Part shown: in pieces, positions 50,149 to 59,510 of the stretch
Position numbering within the stretch: the stretch's first letter is position 1
How the letters are laid out: each line of letters begins with the position of its first letter
Origin: an uncultured Granulicatella sp.
Lineage (GTDB): Bacteria > Bacillota > Bacilli > Lactobacillales > Aerococcaceae
DNA length: 64,000 bases
Direction: 5' to 3'
Assembly: GCA_963523795.1 (NCBI GenBank)
Contig: CAURER010000006.1
Location: forward strand, 218 to 64,217
Position numbers and translations under genes: made by a program
The notes under the pieces: model-generated
The model's database searches: none
Seen by the model: only the letters and a program-made list of their open reading frames with translations
Told to the model about the DNA's origin: nothing

Positions 50149-51147
50149 TTATTGTCTTGTTGTTTGTGTTGTCTGTGTGGTTTCTGTTGTTTGTGTTGTC
50201 GTAGGTGTGACTACAACTTCTACAGATATGTTTTCTGGATTGACACTATCGACTCCTGTTGGTAGTGTTAATTTCACTACTTGTGTCGCTGTTTTTGTGA
50301 TTTGACTGACATCTATTACTACAGGAATGGCTGTCAATCGATCTAATATTTCTTGAGCTCCTAAAATTGTAACCTCTTTGATATCTGATTTCAACTGATA
50401 GGTATATTGAGTCCCTACACTACCAGTAGTTGTTAATACTAAAGGTACTTTCTTACTATTTGTTGTGATTGGAATTCTCACTTGTACGTGATCTGGTTCT
50501 ACTTTTACTGCTAAAGGTTTTCCTGTTGCATCTATTGCTTGTGCGACAACAGAAGCTGTAAAATCTGCTTTTGTACTTTCCGGAACTGTAACAGTTGCTA
50601 ATACATTTTCAACTTGATTCACAAGTGATTCTGGACCAGAAATGGTTACTCTAGCAGGATTTACCATGGCTTGTCCATTTTTATAAGCTCCAGGTAAACT
50701 TCCACGATTGACATTTACAGAAACCGGTAATTCAATCGTTGCCTTCTTCTCTATTACAATTTCCACTGTTTCTGGAGAAACCGTCCCTTTTACTCCTGGA
50801 GGTAATCCTGTTACTTGTAATAATATCGTATGTTTTCCAGAACCTAATTCATTTAAATTGGGAGTTTTGACACGATACGAACCATTCCCTACAACTGTTA
50901 ACAAGGAACTACTCGAACCTTCTATTCTTAGAGTAACCGATTCTGGTAATCCCGTCACCGTATATAATTGACTATCCATATCTACATATACTGGCACATT
51001 TCCAATCGTATTAGAAGTGGTTTGAATAGATACCGAAGATGATTGTCGATTCGGACTTAAATCACTTGCATATACAAACAATGCCATTGTTAAAATAAAC
51101 GATAGAAATACTAAAAATGATTTCTTCGTCATCCATTTACTAATCAT
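50149..51147 (-). CDS. cdaR: CdaA regulatory protein CdaR (YbbR-domain repeats)
   Basis: 332 aa. N-terminal TM plus repeated YbbR-like modules. Thr/Gln-rich C-terminal tail. Located between cdaA and glmM. Confidence 0.85.
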   Translation of the reverse strand: MISKWMTKKSFLVFLSFILTMALFVYASDLSPNRQSSSVSIQTTSNTIGNVPVYVDMDSQLYTVTGLPESVTLRIEGSSSSLLTVVGNGSYRVKTPNLNELGSGKHTILLQVTGLPPGVKGTVSPETVEIVIEKKATIELPVSVNVNRGSLPGAYKNGQAMVNPARVTISGPESLVNQVENVLATVTVPESTKADFTASVVAQAIDATGKPLAVKVEPDHVQVRIPITTNSKKVPLVLTTTGSVGTQYTYQLKSDIKEVTILGAQEILDRLTAIPVVIDVSQITKTATQVVKLTLPTGVDSVNPENISVEVVVTPTTTQTTETTQTTQTTRQ

Positions 51148-51985
51148 TCATACGACCTCCTCTAAAGAAATCGATAATCATTGTTAAAATGGTTGAGTCC
51201 TTTTGAGAAGTTTCTGTTGCAATTAAGTGTTCACTTAAAACTTCAACAAACTGATCTGGAGTTAGCTCCCGTAATAATTTTTCACGTAAAGCCACACTAA
51301 CTTTTCCTGTTTCTTCTGAAATTACAATAATCAACGCATCCGTTACTTCACTTAAACCGATAGCAGCACGGTGTCTTGTCCCTAATTCTTTTGGAATAAA
51401 TTTACTTTCTGATAATGGTAAATAACAAGCTGCTGCTTCCACTTCATGACCACGAATAATGACTGCTCCATCATGAAGAGGCGTATTCGGAATAAAAATT
51501 TGCGTCATTAATTGATTTGAAATTCGTGATTGTAACGCAATTCCTGTATTAATATACTCTTCTAAAGAATTCGATTGCTCAATACAAATTAAAGCTCCAA
51601 TTCTTCGTTTTGCCATATATTGTACTGAAATATTTAACTCCTCAATCATTCTTTGAGCTTGATTCGTTCCCGAAGATTTTCTAGAGAAAAAGTTTGAACG
51701 TCCAATATGTTCTAAACCTCTTCGAATTTCTGGTTGAAAGACAATAATTGCCCCAACAACTCCCCATTGAATTACTAAATTCATAATCCAATCCAAAGTG
51801 ATTAACCCAAACATATAACTAATGAATTTTACTCCAGCAATCACTGCTAATCCTTTCATTAGTTGAACCGCTCTTGTACCTTTGACAATGAGTAATAGAT
51901 TATATAATAAGTACCAAACAATGACAATATCTACAACATTACGAATACTGCTCCAGGCACCTAGACTACTCCAATTAAATTGCAT
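51140..51985 (-). CDS. cdaA: Diadenylate cyclase CdaA (DacA)
   Basis: Three N-terminal TM segments. DAC domain motifs DGAVII and GTRHRAAIGLSEVTDALIIVISEETG. Start ATG 51985 (the track uses GTG 51988). Confidence 0.93.
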   Translation of the reverse strand: MQFNWSSLGAWSSIRNVVDIVIVWYLLYNLLLIVKGTRAVQLMKGLAVIAGVKFISYMFGLITLDWIMNLVIQWGVVGAIIVFQPEIRRGLEHIGRSNFFSRKSSGTNQAQRMIEELNISVQYMAKRRIGALICIEQSNSLEEYINTGIALQSRISNQLMTQIFIPNTPLHDGAVIIRGHEVEAAACYLPLSESKFIPKELGTRHRAAIGLSEVTDALIIVISEETGKVSVALREKLLRELTPDQFVEVLSEHLIATETSQKDSTILTMIIDFFRGGRMND

Positions 51986-52146
51986 CACTCAACCCCCATT
52001 TCTATATCCTCTTTAGTTTATACCTTTTCTGAAAACATTACAACTGACGTCATCCATTCGTCTGATATTTTACCTTTTCATAATTTTTTGACAAAAAATC
52101 CTCCTACATGCTACACTACACACAACTAATGGAGGGAGGATTTATC

Positions 52147-52452
52147 ATGCAAAAAAGTTATTTTGATGGTGGAATGTTAACCTATATTCTAAGTTATATC
52201 ATTTCATTTTTTATTATTACACTTACCTTTGGACTAGGAACTCCTTGGGCAATCTGCATCATGTATAAATGGGAAATTGAACACACCGTGATTGAAGGTC
52301 GCCGACTTGGATTTGATGGTACTGCTCTTGAATTATTTGGGAATTGGATTAAATGGTTTTTCTTATGTATTATTACATTTGGAATCTACGGTTTTTGGAT
52401 TCGTATTAAAGTACTAGAATGGAAAACCAAACATACATATTTCTTAGATTAA
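52147..52452 (+). CDS. Small 2-TM membrane protein (YjgN/DUF898-like repeat unit?)
   Basis: Start reset to ATG 52147 (SD GGAGGGAGGA). Promoter TTGACA-18-TACACT at 52088-52117. Family call is from memory only. Confidence 0.4.
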   Translation: MQKSYFDGGMLTYILSYIISFFIITLTFGLGTPWAICIMYKWEIEHTVIEGRRLGFDGTALELFGNWIKWFFLCIITFGIYGFWIRIKVLEWKTKHTYFLD

Positions 52453-52456
52453 ACTA

Positions 52457-52492
52457 AAACCCACTCCGTTTATGGTACAGAGTGGGTTTTGT
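52457..52492. terminator. Bidirectional terminator
   Basis: AAACCCACTC (52457-52466) pairs with GAGTGGGTTT (52480-52489). Confidence 0.8.
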
Positions 52493-52494
52493 TA

Positions 52495-53421
52495 TTAAGC
52501 ATTCTTTTCTTTTTGCTGAACTCGTTTAGCGATATACGCTGTTAAGATTGGTGTTAATATAGCTGTCACAATAACAGAAGCTGTGATTTGAGTTGTAGCA
52601 GTTGCTTCAATTGCTTTGAATGATGCATCTACCGCAGAAAGTGCCGCTGGTGTTGCAATGGCACTTGCAGCCGTACTAGAAATCGCAGCACCGGCAACTC
52701 CATTTCCTCCAGATAATTTATCTGCAGCAATCGCTGCAACCCCACCAATTAAGGTTGTGATTACCCCTAGTAAAATACCAGGAAGTCCACCTTCAAGAAT
52801 TTGTCCAAAGTTCATATTTGCCCCTAGGCAAAAACCTACGACAATAATAATTGCTGTAATCCCATTTGATAGAACTTTTTTCATATAAGGAAAAGCATTT
52901 CCTAAAATAATCCCAATAACTAGCGGTAAGATTGTTCCAATCAAATTCCAAATAGAAATGTTTGCAAGCCCTGCTGTACTTAATACCGCCATTGTTACCA
53001 TTGGGCCAACACTTAAAGTAGTAATTCCAACCGCACCAGCATCAATTTCATCACCGTATACTTCTACAATCCCAGCATACATCGCATTATTCGCTACTGA
53101 AATCGCCCCAATCACTGCTACTGCACTCAATCCTAAGAAATTATCATTGAACACTTTCGCTACCAATAATCCTAGAATAATCGATACAATAATTTTTGCG
53201 ATAATAATGGACGCCCCACGAACAACAGCCTTCGGTGTATTTTTAAGGGAAATTGTTCCCCCAATGACAAATAAGAACGCCCCAACTAATGGACCTGCAC
53301 CTTTTACAATCGGAGTGGTAAACCCACCAATTTGCAAGATTTGAGGAATAAATGTATTAATAAAACATCCAATAAACATTGGAACAATAATAGTATCCCC
53401 AGGAATTTTAATCTTTTTCAT
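52495..53421 (-). CDS. kdgT: 2-keto-3-deoxygluconate permease
   Basis: MKKIKIPGDTIIVPMFIGCFINTFIP start is typical of the KdgT family. About 10 TM. Start ATG 53421 (the track uses GTG 53430). Confidence 0.82.
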   Translation of the reverse strand: MKKIKIPGDTIIVPMFIGCFINTFIPQILQIGGFTTPIVKGAGPLVGAFLFVIGGTISLKNTPKAVVRGASIIIAKIIVSIILGLLVAKVFNDNFLGLSAVAVIGAISVANNAMYAGIVEVYGDEIDAGAVGITTLSVGPMVTMAVLSTAGLANISIWNLIGTILPLVIGIILGNAFPYMKKVLSNGITAIIIVVGFCLGANMNFGQILEGGLPGILLGVITTLIGGVAAIAADKLSGGNGVAGAAISSTAASAIATPAALSAVDASFKAIEATATTQITASVIVTAILTPILTAYIAKRVQQKEKNA

Positions 53422-53466
53422 TGCATTCACATACCTTTTTGAAAATTTTACTAAACGGAAGAAGAA

Positions 53467-54216
53467 TCAACCATCTAATGTAATACCGCCATCGCAGTCG
53501 CCGATTTCTCCTGTAATAAAGCTTGCTAAATCACTAGCAAAGAATAAAATCATTTGAGCAATTTCAACAGGTTCAGCACGACGTCCTAAAGGAATCATAC
53601 TAATCACTTTTTGACTCTTTTCTTTATCTTCAGAAAGCACGGTTGTCATATCTGTTCTTGTAAAGGATGGACATACTGCATTACAAGCAATATTGTATTT
53701 TCCACCTTCTTTAGCAACTGCTTTTGTTAAACCATTCAAACCTGCTTTAGAAGAGGCATATGCCGCTGTCCCTAGAAGACCTCCCCCTAATTTTGCAGCA
53801 ACAGAAGAAACATTCACAATTCTACCGCCTTTATTTTCAATAAAGTGAGGGAAAATCGTACTAATCGTTGAGAAACATCCAGAAAGATTAATACGAATGG
53901 TTCTTTCCCACTCTTCATATGTTAATTGATCAAAAGGTTTCGCACTAATAACTCCTGCACAATTGACTAAAATATCTACTTTACGTTCGGATAGAATCTT
54001 CTTCATGCTTGCAACAATGGACTCATGATTTCCTAAATCCATATATTCAAACACAGTATGTTCTGCTCCAAACTCGGCTACTGTTTTCGTAGCAGCAGCT
54101 TCATTAATATCTGCAATGACTACAAAACCTCCACCTTCAACAATACCTCTTACTACTTCTTTTCCAATCCCATTTGCTCCACCTGTCACGATAGCAACTT
54201 TTCCTGAAAAATTCAT
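53467..54216 (-). CDS. SDR family oxidoreductase (substrate unknown; KduD/FabG-like)
   Basis: Start reset to ATG 54216 (SD AAGGAAG). TGGANGIG cofactor motif and YASSK catalytic motif. Confidence 0.85.
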   Translation of the reverse strand: MNFSGKVAIVTGGANGIGKEVVRGIVEGGGFVVIADINEAAATKTVAEFGAEHTVFEYMDLGNHESIVASMKKILSERKVDILVNCAGVISAKPFDQLTYEEWERTIRINLSGCFSTISTIFPHFIENKGGRIVNVSSVAAKLGGGLLGTAAYASSKAGLNGLTKAVAKEGGKYNIACNAVCPSFTRTDMTTVLSEDKEKSQKVISMIPLGRRAEPVEIAQMILFFASDLASFITGEIGDCDGGITLDG

Positions 54217-54306
54217 AAAAATCACTTCCTTTGATTGATTGATTACATTCTATTCCTATGAAAAAATCAGTTTGTTATCATTTGTTACTATTTTCACAGT
54301 TTTTGC

Positions 54307-54358
54307 AAAAAAAATAAATTACAACCCATTGAACCTACGCACTATAATTCAATGGATT
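54307..54358 (-). terminator. Intrinsic terminator after kdgK
   Basis: Minus-strand AAUCCAUUGAA / UUCAAUGGGUU stem (G-U only on the minus strand), then a U-rich tail. Confidence 0.65.
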
Positions 54359-54376
54359 GCTTGCTTCTAATAAAAA

Positions 54377-55381
54377 TTATCTATCAACTTGTAAATTTTT
54401 TTGACTCATAAAACTTAATATTTCTTCTTCATCAAATGGATTCCAGTCCCCAAATACGGAATGTTTTAAAACAGAGGCTGCTGTTCCAAACTCTACTATC
54501 TGAGCATCATCCCATCCTTTTAAAATCCCATGAATGATACCAGCTGTAAAAGCATCTCCACTACCAATTCGATCAATAACAGGATTTATATCATAATTTC
54601 TAGATTGGGTAAATTGATGATTTACTCCAGATATATACCCTTGAATTTGATGATGATTTGTTGTATAAATTGTTCTCTTAGTGGAATAAATCACTTGAAT
54701 ATTAGGATATTTACATTTCATTCTTCCATAAATTTCCTCCAATGAAATATCTTCATCCTCTTTCAAAACTTCAGCAAAGTACATTGCATCTAATTTACCA
54801 GCTGACAAAATATCCACATATGGGATAATTTTTTCAAAAACTTCTTTTGCTCTATCATGATTCCATAATTTACTTCTATAATTATAATCAAAACTAATTT
54901 TACATTGATGTTCTTTCGCTTTTTTCAATAATTCAATAATCCAGTTTTCCCAATTTGAATTTAAAGCTGGAACTAAACCAGAAATATGAAATACATCTGC
55001 TTCTTTAAAAAGATTATCTAAATCCCATGGTAATTTTTCTACAGAAGAAAAAGAAGAAGAATCTCTATCATATAAAACCTTAGATACTCTCTGTGAATTT
55101 CCTTGTTCTAAATAATAAGTGCCCAATCTACCTTTTCCATACGCTACAAATTCCGTATTAACTCCTGTTTTTCTTAAAACAGAAACAACAGATTCAGATA
55201 ACGGATTGTCTTTTGGTAAAATAGTGGCTACTGAAACTTCATTTCCAAGTATAGATAACGAAATTCCCACATTTGCTTCTCCTCCACCATAGCAACTTTT
55301 AAAACAATTAGCATATTTAAGCCTAGTATCTTGTTCAGTTGATAACCTTAATAATATTTCACCTAATGTAATAACTCGCAT
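54377..55381 (-). CDS. kdgK: 2-dehydro-3-deoxygluconokinase (PfkB family)
   Basis: Start reset to ATG 55381 (SD GTGAGGA). PfkB motifs GGGEANV and DRIGSGDAFTAGIIHG. Hexuronate context. Confidence 0.85.
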   Translation of the reverse strand: MRVITLGEILLRLSTEQDTRLKYANCFKSCYGGGEANVGISLSILGNEVSVATILPKDNPLSESVVSVLRKTGVNTEFVAYGKGRLGTYYLEQGNSQRVSKVLYDRDSSSFSSVEKLPWDLDNLFKEADVFHISGLVPALNSNWENWIIELLKKAKEHQCKISFDYNYRSKLWNHDRAKEVFEKIIPYVDILSAGKLDAMYFAEVLKEDEDISLEEIYGRMKCKYPNIQVIYSTKRTIYTTNHHQIQGYISGVNHQFTQSRNYDINPVIDRIGSGDAFTAGIIHGILKGWDDAQIVEFGTAASVLKHSVFGDWNPFDEEEILSFMSQKNLQVDR

Positions 55382-55456
55382 ATTATTCCTCACTTCTTTA
55401 AAAAGCCAACAAATCGAAGTAGCATTTATGTACCACTTCGATTCATTATCATACGA

Positions 55457-56296
55457 TTAAACTCCAGAATATGCAGCAAATCCTCCATCAATAGGAAGCA
55501 CTACTCCATTCACAAAACTTGCTAATGTTGAGTCCGCTAAGAAGAAAACTCCTCCTACAAGTTCATTTGATTCACCAAAACGACCCATTGGTGTATTTCT
55601 TAAAATTTTATCAGCACGAGGTGTTGGATTTCCATCATTATCAAATAATAATTTTTCATTTTGTGCTGTCACTAAAAATCCAGGTGCAATAGCATTACAA
55701 CGAATTCCTACTTTAGAGAAATGAACTGCTAACCATTGTGTAAAGTTACTGATAGCCGCCTTAGCTCCAGAGTATGCTGGAATTTTTGTTAAAGGTGTAT
55801 AAGCATTCATACTTGAAATATTAATAATATTTGCCCCTTCTTTACCAACCATATCTTTTGCAAAAACTTGAGTAGGTAATAAAGTTCCTAAATAATTTAA
55901 ATTAAATACAAATTCAATACCTGATTTATCTAAATCAAAAAATGTTTTAGTTCCTTCTGCTAAATCCACTTCATGGAATTCATTATCTGTAGTTGCTCTT
56001 GGATTATTTCCTCCAGCACCATTAATTAAAATATCAACTGTTCCTAATTCAGCATTTACTAAATTACGTACTTGTTCTAATGATTCTTGATCTAATACAT
56101 TAGCTTTATACGCTTTAGCAACTCCACCCTCTTGTTTAATTAAATTCTCAAATTTTTGAGCAGCTTCCTCATTCAAGTCTAATAGAGCTACTTTTGCTCC
56201 TTGTTTAGCAAAATTACGAGCTAATTCTCCACAAATCACTCCACCAGCTCCAGTAATTACTACTACTTTATCATTAAAATCAAAAAATTTAGTCAT
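55457..56296 (-). CDS. uxuB: SDR-type D-mannonate oxidoreductase (fructuronate reductase)
   Basis: Start reset to ATG 56296 (SD AAGGAGAG); the track ORF adds 38 aa that overlap uxuA. TGAGGVICG and GAGGNNPRATT motifs. Adjacent to uxuA. Confidence 0.7.
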   Translation of the reverse strand: MTKFFDFNDKVVVITGAGGVICGELARNFAKQGAKVALLDLNEEAAQKFENLIKQEGGVAKAYKANVLDQESLEQVRNLVNAELGTVDILINGAGGNNPRATTDNEFHEVDLAEGTKTFFDLDKSGIEFVFNLNYLGTLLPTQVFAKDMVGKEGANIINISSMNAYTPLTKIPAYSGAKAAISNFTQWLAVHFSKVGIRCNAIAPGFLVTAQNEKLLFDNDGNPTPRADKILRNTPMGRFGESNELVGGVFFLADSTLASFVNGVVLPIDGGFAAYSGV

Positions 56297-56307
56297 AAGT
56301 ACTCTCC

Positions 56308-57357
56308 TTATTTTGATAGTTTTAAAATAGCTTCTTCTAAGCCATATAAATACGTTGCTCCTAAGGCACGATCGAATAATCCATATCCTGGACGTCCAGT
56401 TTCTCCCCAAATCATTCTACCGTGGTCAGGTCTAATTGGACCATCCCATTTAGCATCACATAATGCTTTCACTACCTCATACATATTAATTGATCCATAT
56501 TCACTTGGATGTGCTGATTCTTGGAAAGATTTACCCTCTCCAGTTAATTTTATATTACGTGCATGCATAAAGTTTACACGATTCTTAGCTAACATTGCTT
56601 TTAACATTTCAACCGCATTATTATTAGGGTCTGATGCATAAGAACCCACACACACTGTCACACCATTATAAGGACTATCATATAAATTAATAAATCTTTC
56701 TAGATTTTCTTTACATGTAATAATACGAGGTAATCCAAAAATACTATATGGTGGATCATCTGGATGAATAGCCATTTTAACTCCTGCTTCTTCTGCTGCT
56801 GGAATTACTTTTTTAATAAAATACTCAAGATTTTTCCATAAAGTTTCTTCATCTACATCAGCATATGCATCCATAATTGCTTTCATTTCTTCTTTTGAAT
56901 AACTTGAATCCCAACCAGGTAATGACAATTCACCTTTAACAGGATCCATTTTTTTAGCTACTTCTTCTTCGAAAATTAACGCTGTAGATCCATCTTGCAA
57001 CTCATAAGCTAAATCCGTTCTAGTCCAATCAAAAACGGGCATGAAGTTATAACAAACAACATTAATACCTTCTGTACCTAGGTTCTTGATTGTTTGAATA
57101 TAATTATCAATCAACTCATCTCTAGTAGGACGTCCTAATTTAATATCTTCATGGACTGGAACACTCTCAATAACTGATAATTTCAATCCTGATTGTTCTA
57201 CATCTGATTTTAATTGTCTAATTCTTTCTCTACTCCACACTTGTCCAACAGGAACATCATAAATTGCTGTAACAATGCCTCTCATCCCTGGGATTTGTTT
57301 AATATTTTGTAATGTTACTGGATCATCATTTCCGTACCAACGAAATGTCATTTCCAT
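56308..57357 (-). CDS. uxuA: Mannonate dehydratase
   Basis: 349 aa. MEMTFRWYGNDDPVTL start is typical of UxuA. Confidence 0.93.
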   Translation of the reverse strand: MEMTFRWYGNDDPVTLQNIKQIPGMRGIVTAIYDVPVGQVWSRERIRQLKSDVEQSGLKLSVIESVPVHEDIKLGRPTRDELIDNYIQTIKNLGTEGINVVCYNFMPVFDWTRTDLAYELQDGSTALIFEEEVAKKMDPVKGELSLPGWDSSYSKEEMKAIMDAYADVDEETLWKNLEYFIKKVIPAAEEAGVKMAIHPDDPPYSIFGLPRIITCKENLERFINLYDSPYNGVTVCVGSYASDPNNNAVEMLKAMLAKNRVNFMHARNIKLTGEGKSFQESAHPSEYGSINMYEVVKALCDAKWDGPIRPDHGRMIWGETGRPGYGLFDRALGATYLYGLEEAILKLSK

Positions 57358-57372
57358 TTAAATTTCCTCCTT

Positions 57373-58776
57373 TTAAGATAATTCAAAAAATTCTACTGCA
57401 TTTTTATAACAAATAGCACTTAAAAATTCATCAATAAGTTTTTCATCATACGGAATTCGTCCACTTTCAATCCATTCAGTTACTAACGAAACTAAAATAC
57501 GACGGAAATAATCGTGTCTTTGATAAGATAAGAAACTTCTAGAATCTGTCAACATTCCAACAAAATTCCATAATAAACTTTGATTCGCTAAAACTAACAT
57601 TTGTTCTCTCATACCTCTTTCAGTATCAGAAAACCACCATGCTGCTCCATATTGTAATTTCCCTTTAATTCCTTCCTCATTTGCTTGGAAATTCGCCAGT
57701 GTATTTGCTAATACATCATTATAGGCAGGATTTAAATTATAAAATATACATTTTGGCATTGAATCATTTTTTTCTAGACAATCTAATAATAGATTTAGAG
57801 ATTGCGCCAAATTAATTTGATCACCTGTAGAATCAAATCCTGTGTCTGGACCCAATTTTTCAAAATATTTTGAGTTTGTATTTCTTACAGCACCAAAATG
57901 AACTTGCGTTACTAAATGATATTTTTTATATAATGAACAAAGTTTTAAAAATACTTCTGTTTGCCATTTTTCAACTTCTTCAAATGTGATTTCTTCATAT
58001 TTAAATACTTTTTGTAAAATTTCATTTAATTCATTTTCTGAAGCTCTTCTAAATTGAATTTCTCCAAAGCTAATATCACTAGCTTTGCAACCATGTTGTA
58101 CAAAGTATTTTATTCTTTCTTCTAAAGCATTCATAAATTCAACAAATGTATTCACTTTTTTATTCGTTAATTCTTCCAACTTTTCAACAAATCGAATAAA
58201 ATTAGCATGAGAAATAAAAGCTTCATCTGGTCTAAATGTTGGTGCAACTACCGTTTCAAATGATTTATCTTCCGCTATTTTTTTATGCCATTCCAATGAA
58301 TCTAATGGATTATCAGTAGTACCAATAAATTTTACATTTGCTCTAGAAATTAATTTTCTAGGACTTAATTTTTCATTTTCGATGTACGTATTCATTTGAT
58401 TATAAATAGATTCCCAATTATCAAATGTTACATACTCATTAATCCCAAAAACTTGTTTTAATTCTAAATGACTCCAGTGATACAGCGGATTTCCAAAAGC
58501 TTTCGCTAAAGTCTTTGCCCAAGCTTCAAACTTTTCTTTTGGAGAAGCATTTCCTGTTATGAATTCTTCTTTAACACCGTTTGCTCTCATTAGTCTCCAT
58601 TTATAATGATCTCCGCCTAACCAAACTTGGACAACATTTTCAAAAGGTTTATCTTCATAAATTTCTTGTGGAGATAAATGACAATGAAAATCTTCGATTG
58701 GTAACGTTGCTATTTTAGCATATAAATTTTGACTAATTTCTGACTGTAGTAAGAAATTATTTTGATTAAATGACAT
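57373..58776 (-). CDS. uxaC: Glucuronate isomerase
   Basis: 467 aa. LPIEDFHCHLSPQEI and GMLTDSRSFLSY motifs. Confidence 0.93.
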   Translation of the reverse strand: MSFNQNNFLLQSEISQNLYAKIATLPIEDFHCHLSPQEIYEDKPFENVVQVWLGGDHYKWRLMRANGVKEEFITGNASPKEKFEAWAKTLAKAFGNPLYHWSHLELKQVFGINEYVTFDNWESIYNQMNTYIENEKLSPRKLISRANVKFIGTTDNPLDSLEWHKKIAEDKSFETVVAPTFRPDEAFISHANFIRFVEKLEELTNKKVNTFVEFMNALEERIKYFVQHGCKASDISFGEIQFRRASENELNEILQKVFKYEEITFEEVEKWQTEVFLKLCSLYKKYHLVTQVHFGAVRNTNSKYFEKLGPDTGFDSTGDQINLAQSLNLLLDCLEKNDSMPKCIFYNLNPAYNDVLANTLANFQANEEGIKGKLQYGAAWWFSDTERGMREQMLVLANQSLLWNFVGMLTDSRSFLSYQRHDYFRRILVSLVTEWIESGRIPYDEKLIDEFLSAICYKNAVEFFELS

Positions 58777-58778
58777 CT

Positions 58779-59408
58779 TTATCCCTCCAAAGCTGATACA
58801 AATTGCTGAGCAATCTCTGTTACACTTTCATATCCTTCAGAACCAACTTTTGCACTTAAAGCACTACCAACGCCTACGGCAACAGCACCCTTATTCTTCC
58901 ATTCTTTAATATTTTCTAAAGAAACTCCTCCGGAAGGCATTAATTGTACATTTGGAATAGGACCATGAATATCTTTAATAAATGAAGAGCCTAATACTCC
59001 ACCTGGGAATAATTTAATAATATTTGCTCCACCATTCATTGCTTTAACTATTTCTGTCGTAGTTGCACAACCAGGGAAATACTCAATCTCAGCTTCTAAT
59101 GCAACTTTTTGAATCTCTTCATCATAATGAGGACTAACTAAAAATTTTGCTCCAGCTTTAATTGCCTCTTTTGCTAATTCTACACTCATAATTGTTCCCG
59201 CACCAATTACAACATCTTCCGAGGAGATATAATGCGCTTTCAAATTAGAAATAGCTTTTGATGCATTAGGGGTAGTATAAGTTACTTCTATATTCTTAAT
59301 TCCACCTAACACTGCAAATTTTGAAATATTTTCAGCGTCATCTGACGATTTCCCTCGAATTACTGCAAATATATAATTATCTTTCAATCTTTCTAACACT
59401 TTACTCAT
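58779..59408 (-). CDS. eda: 2-dehydro-3-deoxyphosphogluconate (KDPG) aldolase
   Basis: Start reset to ATG 59408 (SD GGAGAG). VIRG, EVTYTTP and KLFPG (Schiff-base Lys region) motifs. Confidence 0.88.
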   Translation of the reverse strand: MSKVLERLKDNYIFAVIRGKSSDDAENISKFAVLGGIKNIEVTYTTPNASKAISNLKAHYISSEDVVIGAGTIMSVELAKEAIKAGAKFLVSPHYDEEIQKVALEAEIEYFPGCATTTEIVKAMNGGANIIKLFPGGVLGSSFIKDIHGPIPNVQLMPSGGVSLENIKEWKNKGAVAVGVGSALSAKVGSEGYESVTEIAQQFVSALEG

Positions 59409-59430
59409 AATTTCACTCTCCAAACAAAAT

Positions 59431-59469
59431 AAAGTCATCTGATATATTTATAATACATCAGATGACTTT
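59431..59469. terminator. Perfect 13-bp-arm palindrome (terminator and/or operator) between the GntR regulator gene and eda
   Basis: AAAGTCATCTGAT (59431-59443) pairs with ATCAGATGACTTT (59457-59469). The 13-nt AT loop contains TATAAT. A U-rich tail is present on the minus strand. Confidence 0.6.
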
Positions 59470-59510
59470 TGGTGTCAATGAGAATTACTCTCGCCATTTA
59501 TTAATATTCA

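Noticed and set aside
50152-50200. Thr/Gln-rich low-complexity repeat (TTQTTETTQTTQTT) at the CdaR C-terminus and its underlying ACAAC-rich DNA.
   Set aside because: It is a simple low-complexity linker or tail within a normal gene, not a repeat element or contingency locus as far as the sequence shows.
52055-52066. TGACGTCA palindrome in the cdaA / small-membrane-protein divergent promoter region.
   Set aside because: An 8-bp palindrome is expected by chance at this scale, and no cognate regulator or second copy was seen.
52616-53344. Plus-strand ORFs of 90 and 128 aa inside kdgT. Similar antisense ORFs occur elsewhere: 1960-2151, 3364-3591, 4289-4495, 4658-4975, 6392-6637, 7686-7886, 8137-8409, 11178-11525, 14112-14402, 15372-15869, 16964-17236, 17841-18086, 19077-19262, 20010-20222, 21444-21737, 21948-22307, 26080-26286, 27515-27867, 29802-30014, 31413-31604, 34910-35554, 35765-36133, 36649-37302, 38013-38201, 38511-38889, 39723-40222, 41375-41569, 43392-43640, 43879-44124, 44675-44869, 44879-45109, 45187-45408, 45415-45779, 46999-47193, 49319-49510, 50708-50971, 54530-54745, 60328-60732, 61361-61543, 62697-62888.
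   Set aside because: These are shadow or out-of-frame ORFs nested in, or overlapping, well-supported genes or regulatory RNA. They have no SD, odd composition and no recognisable family.
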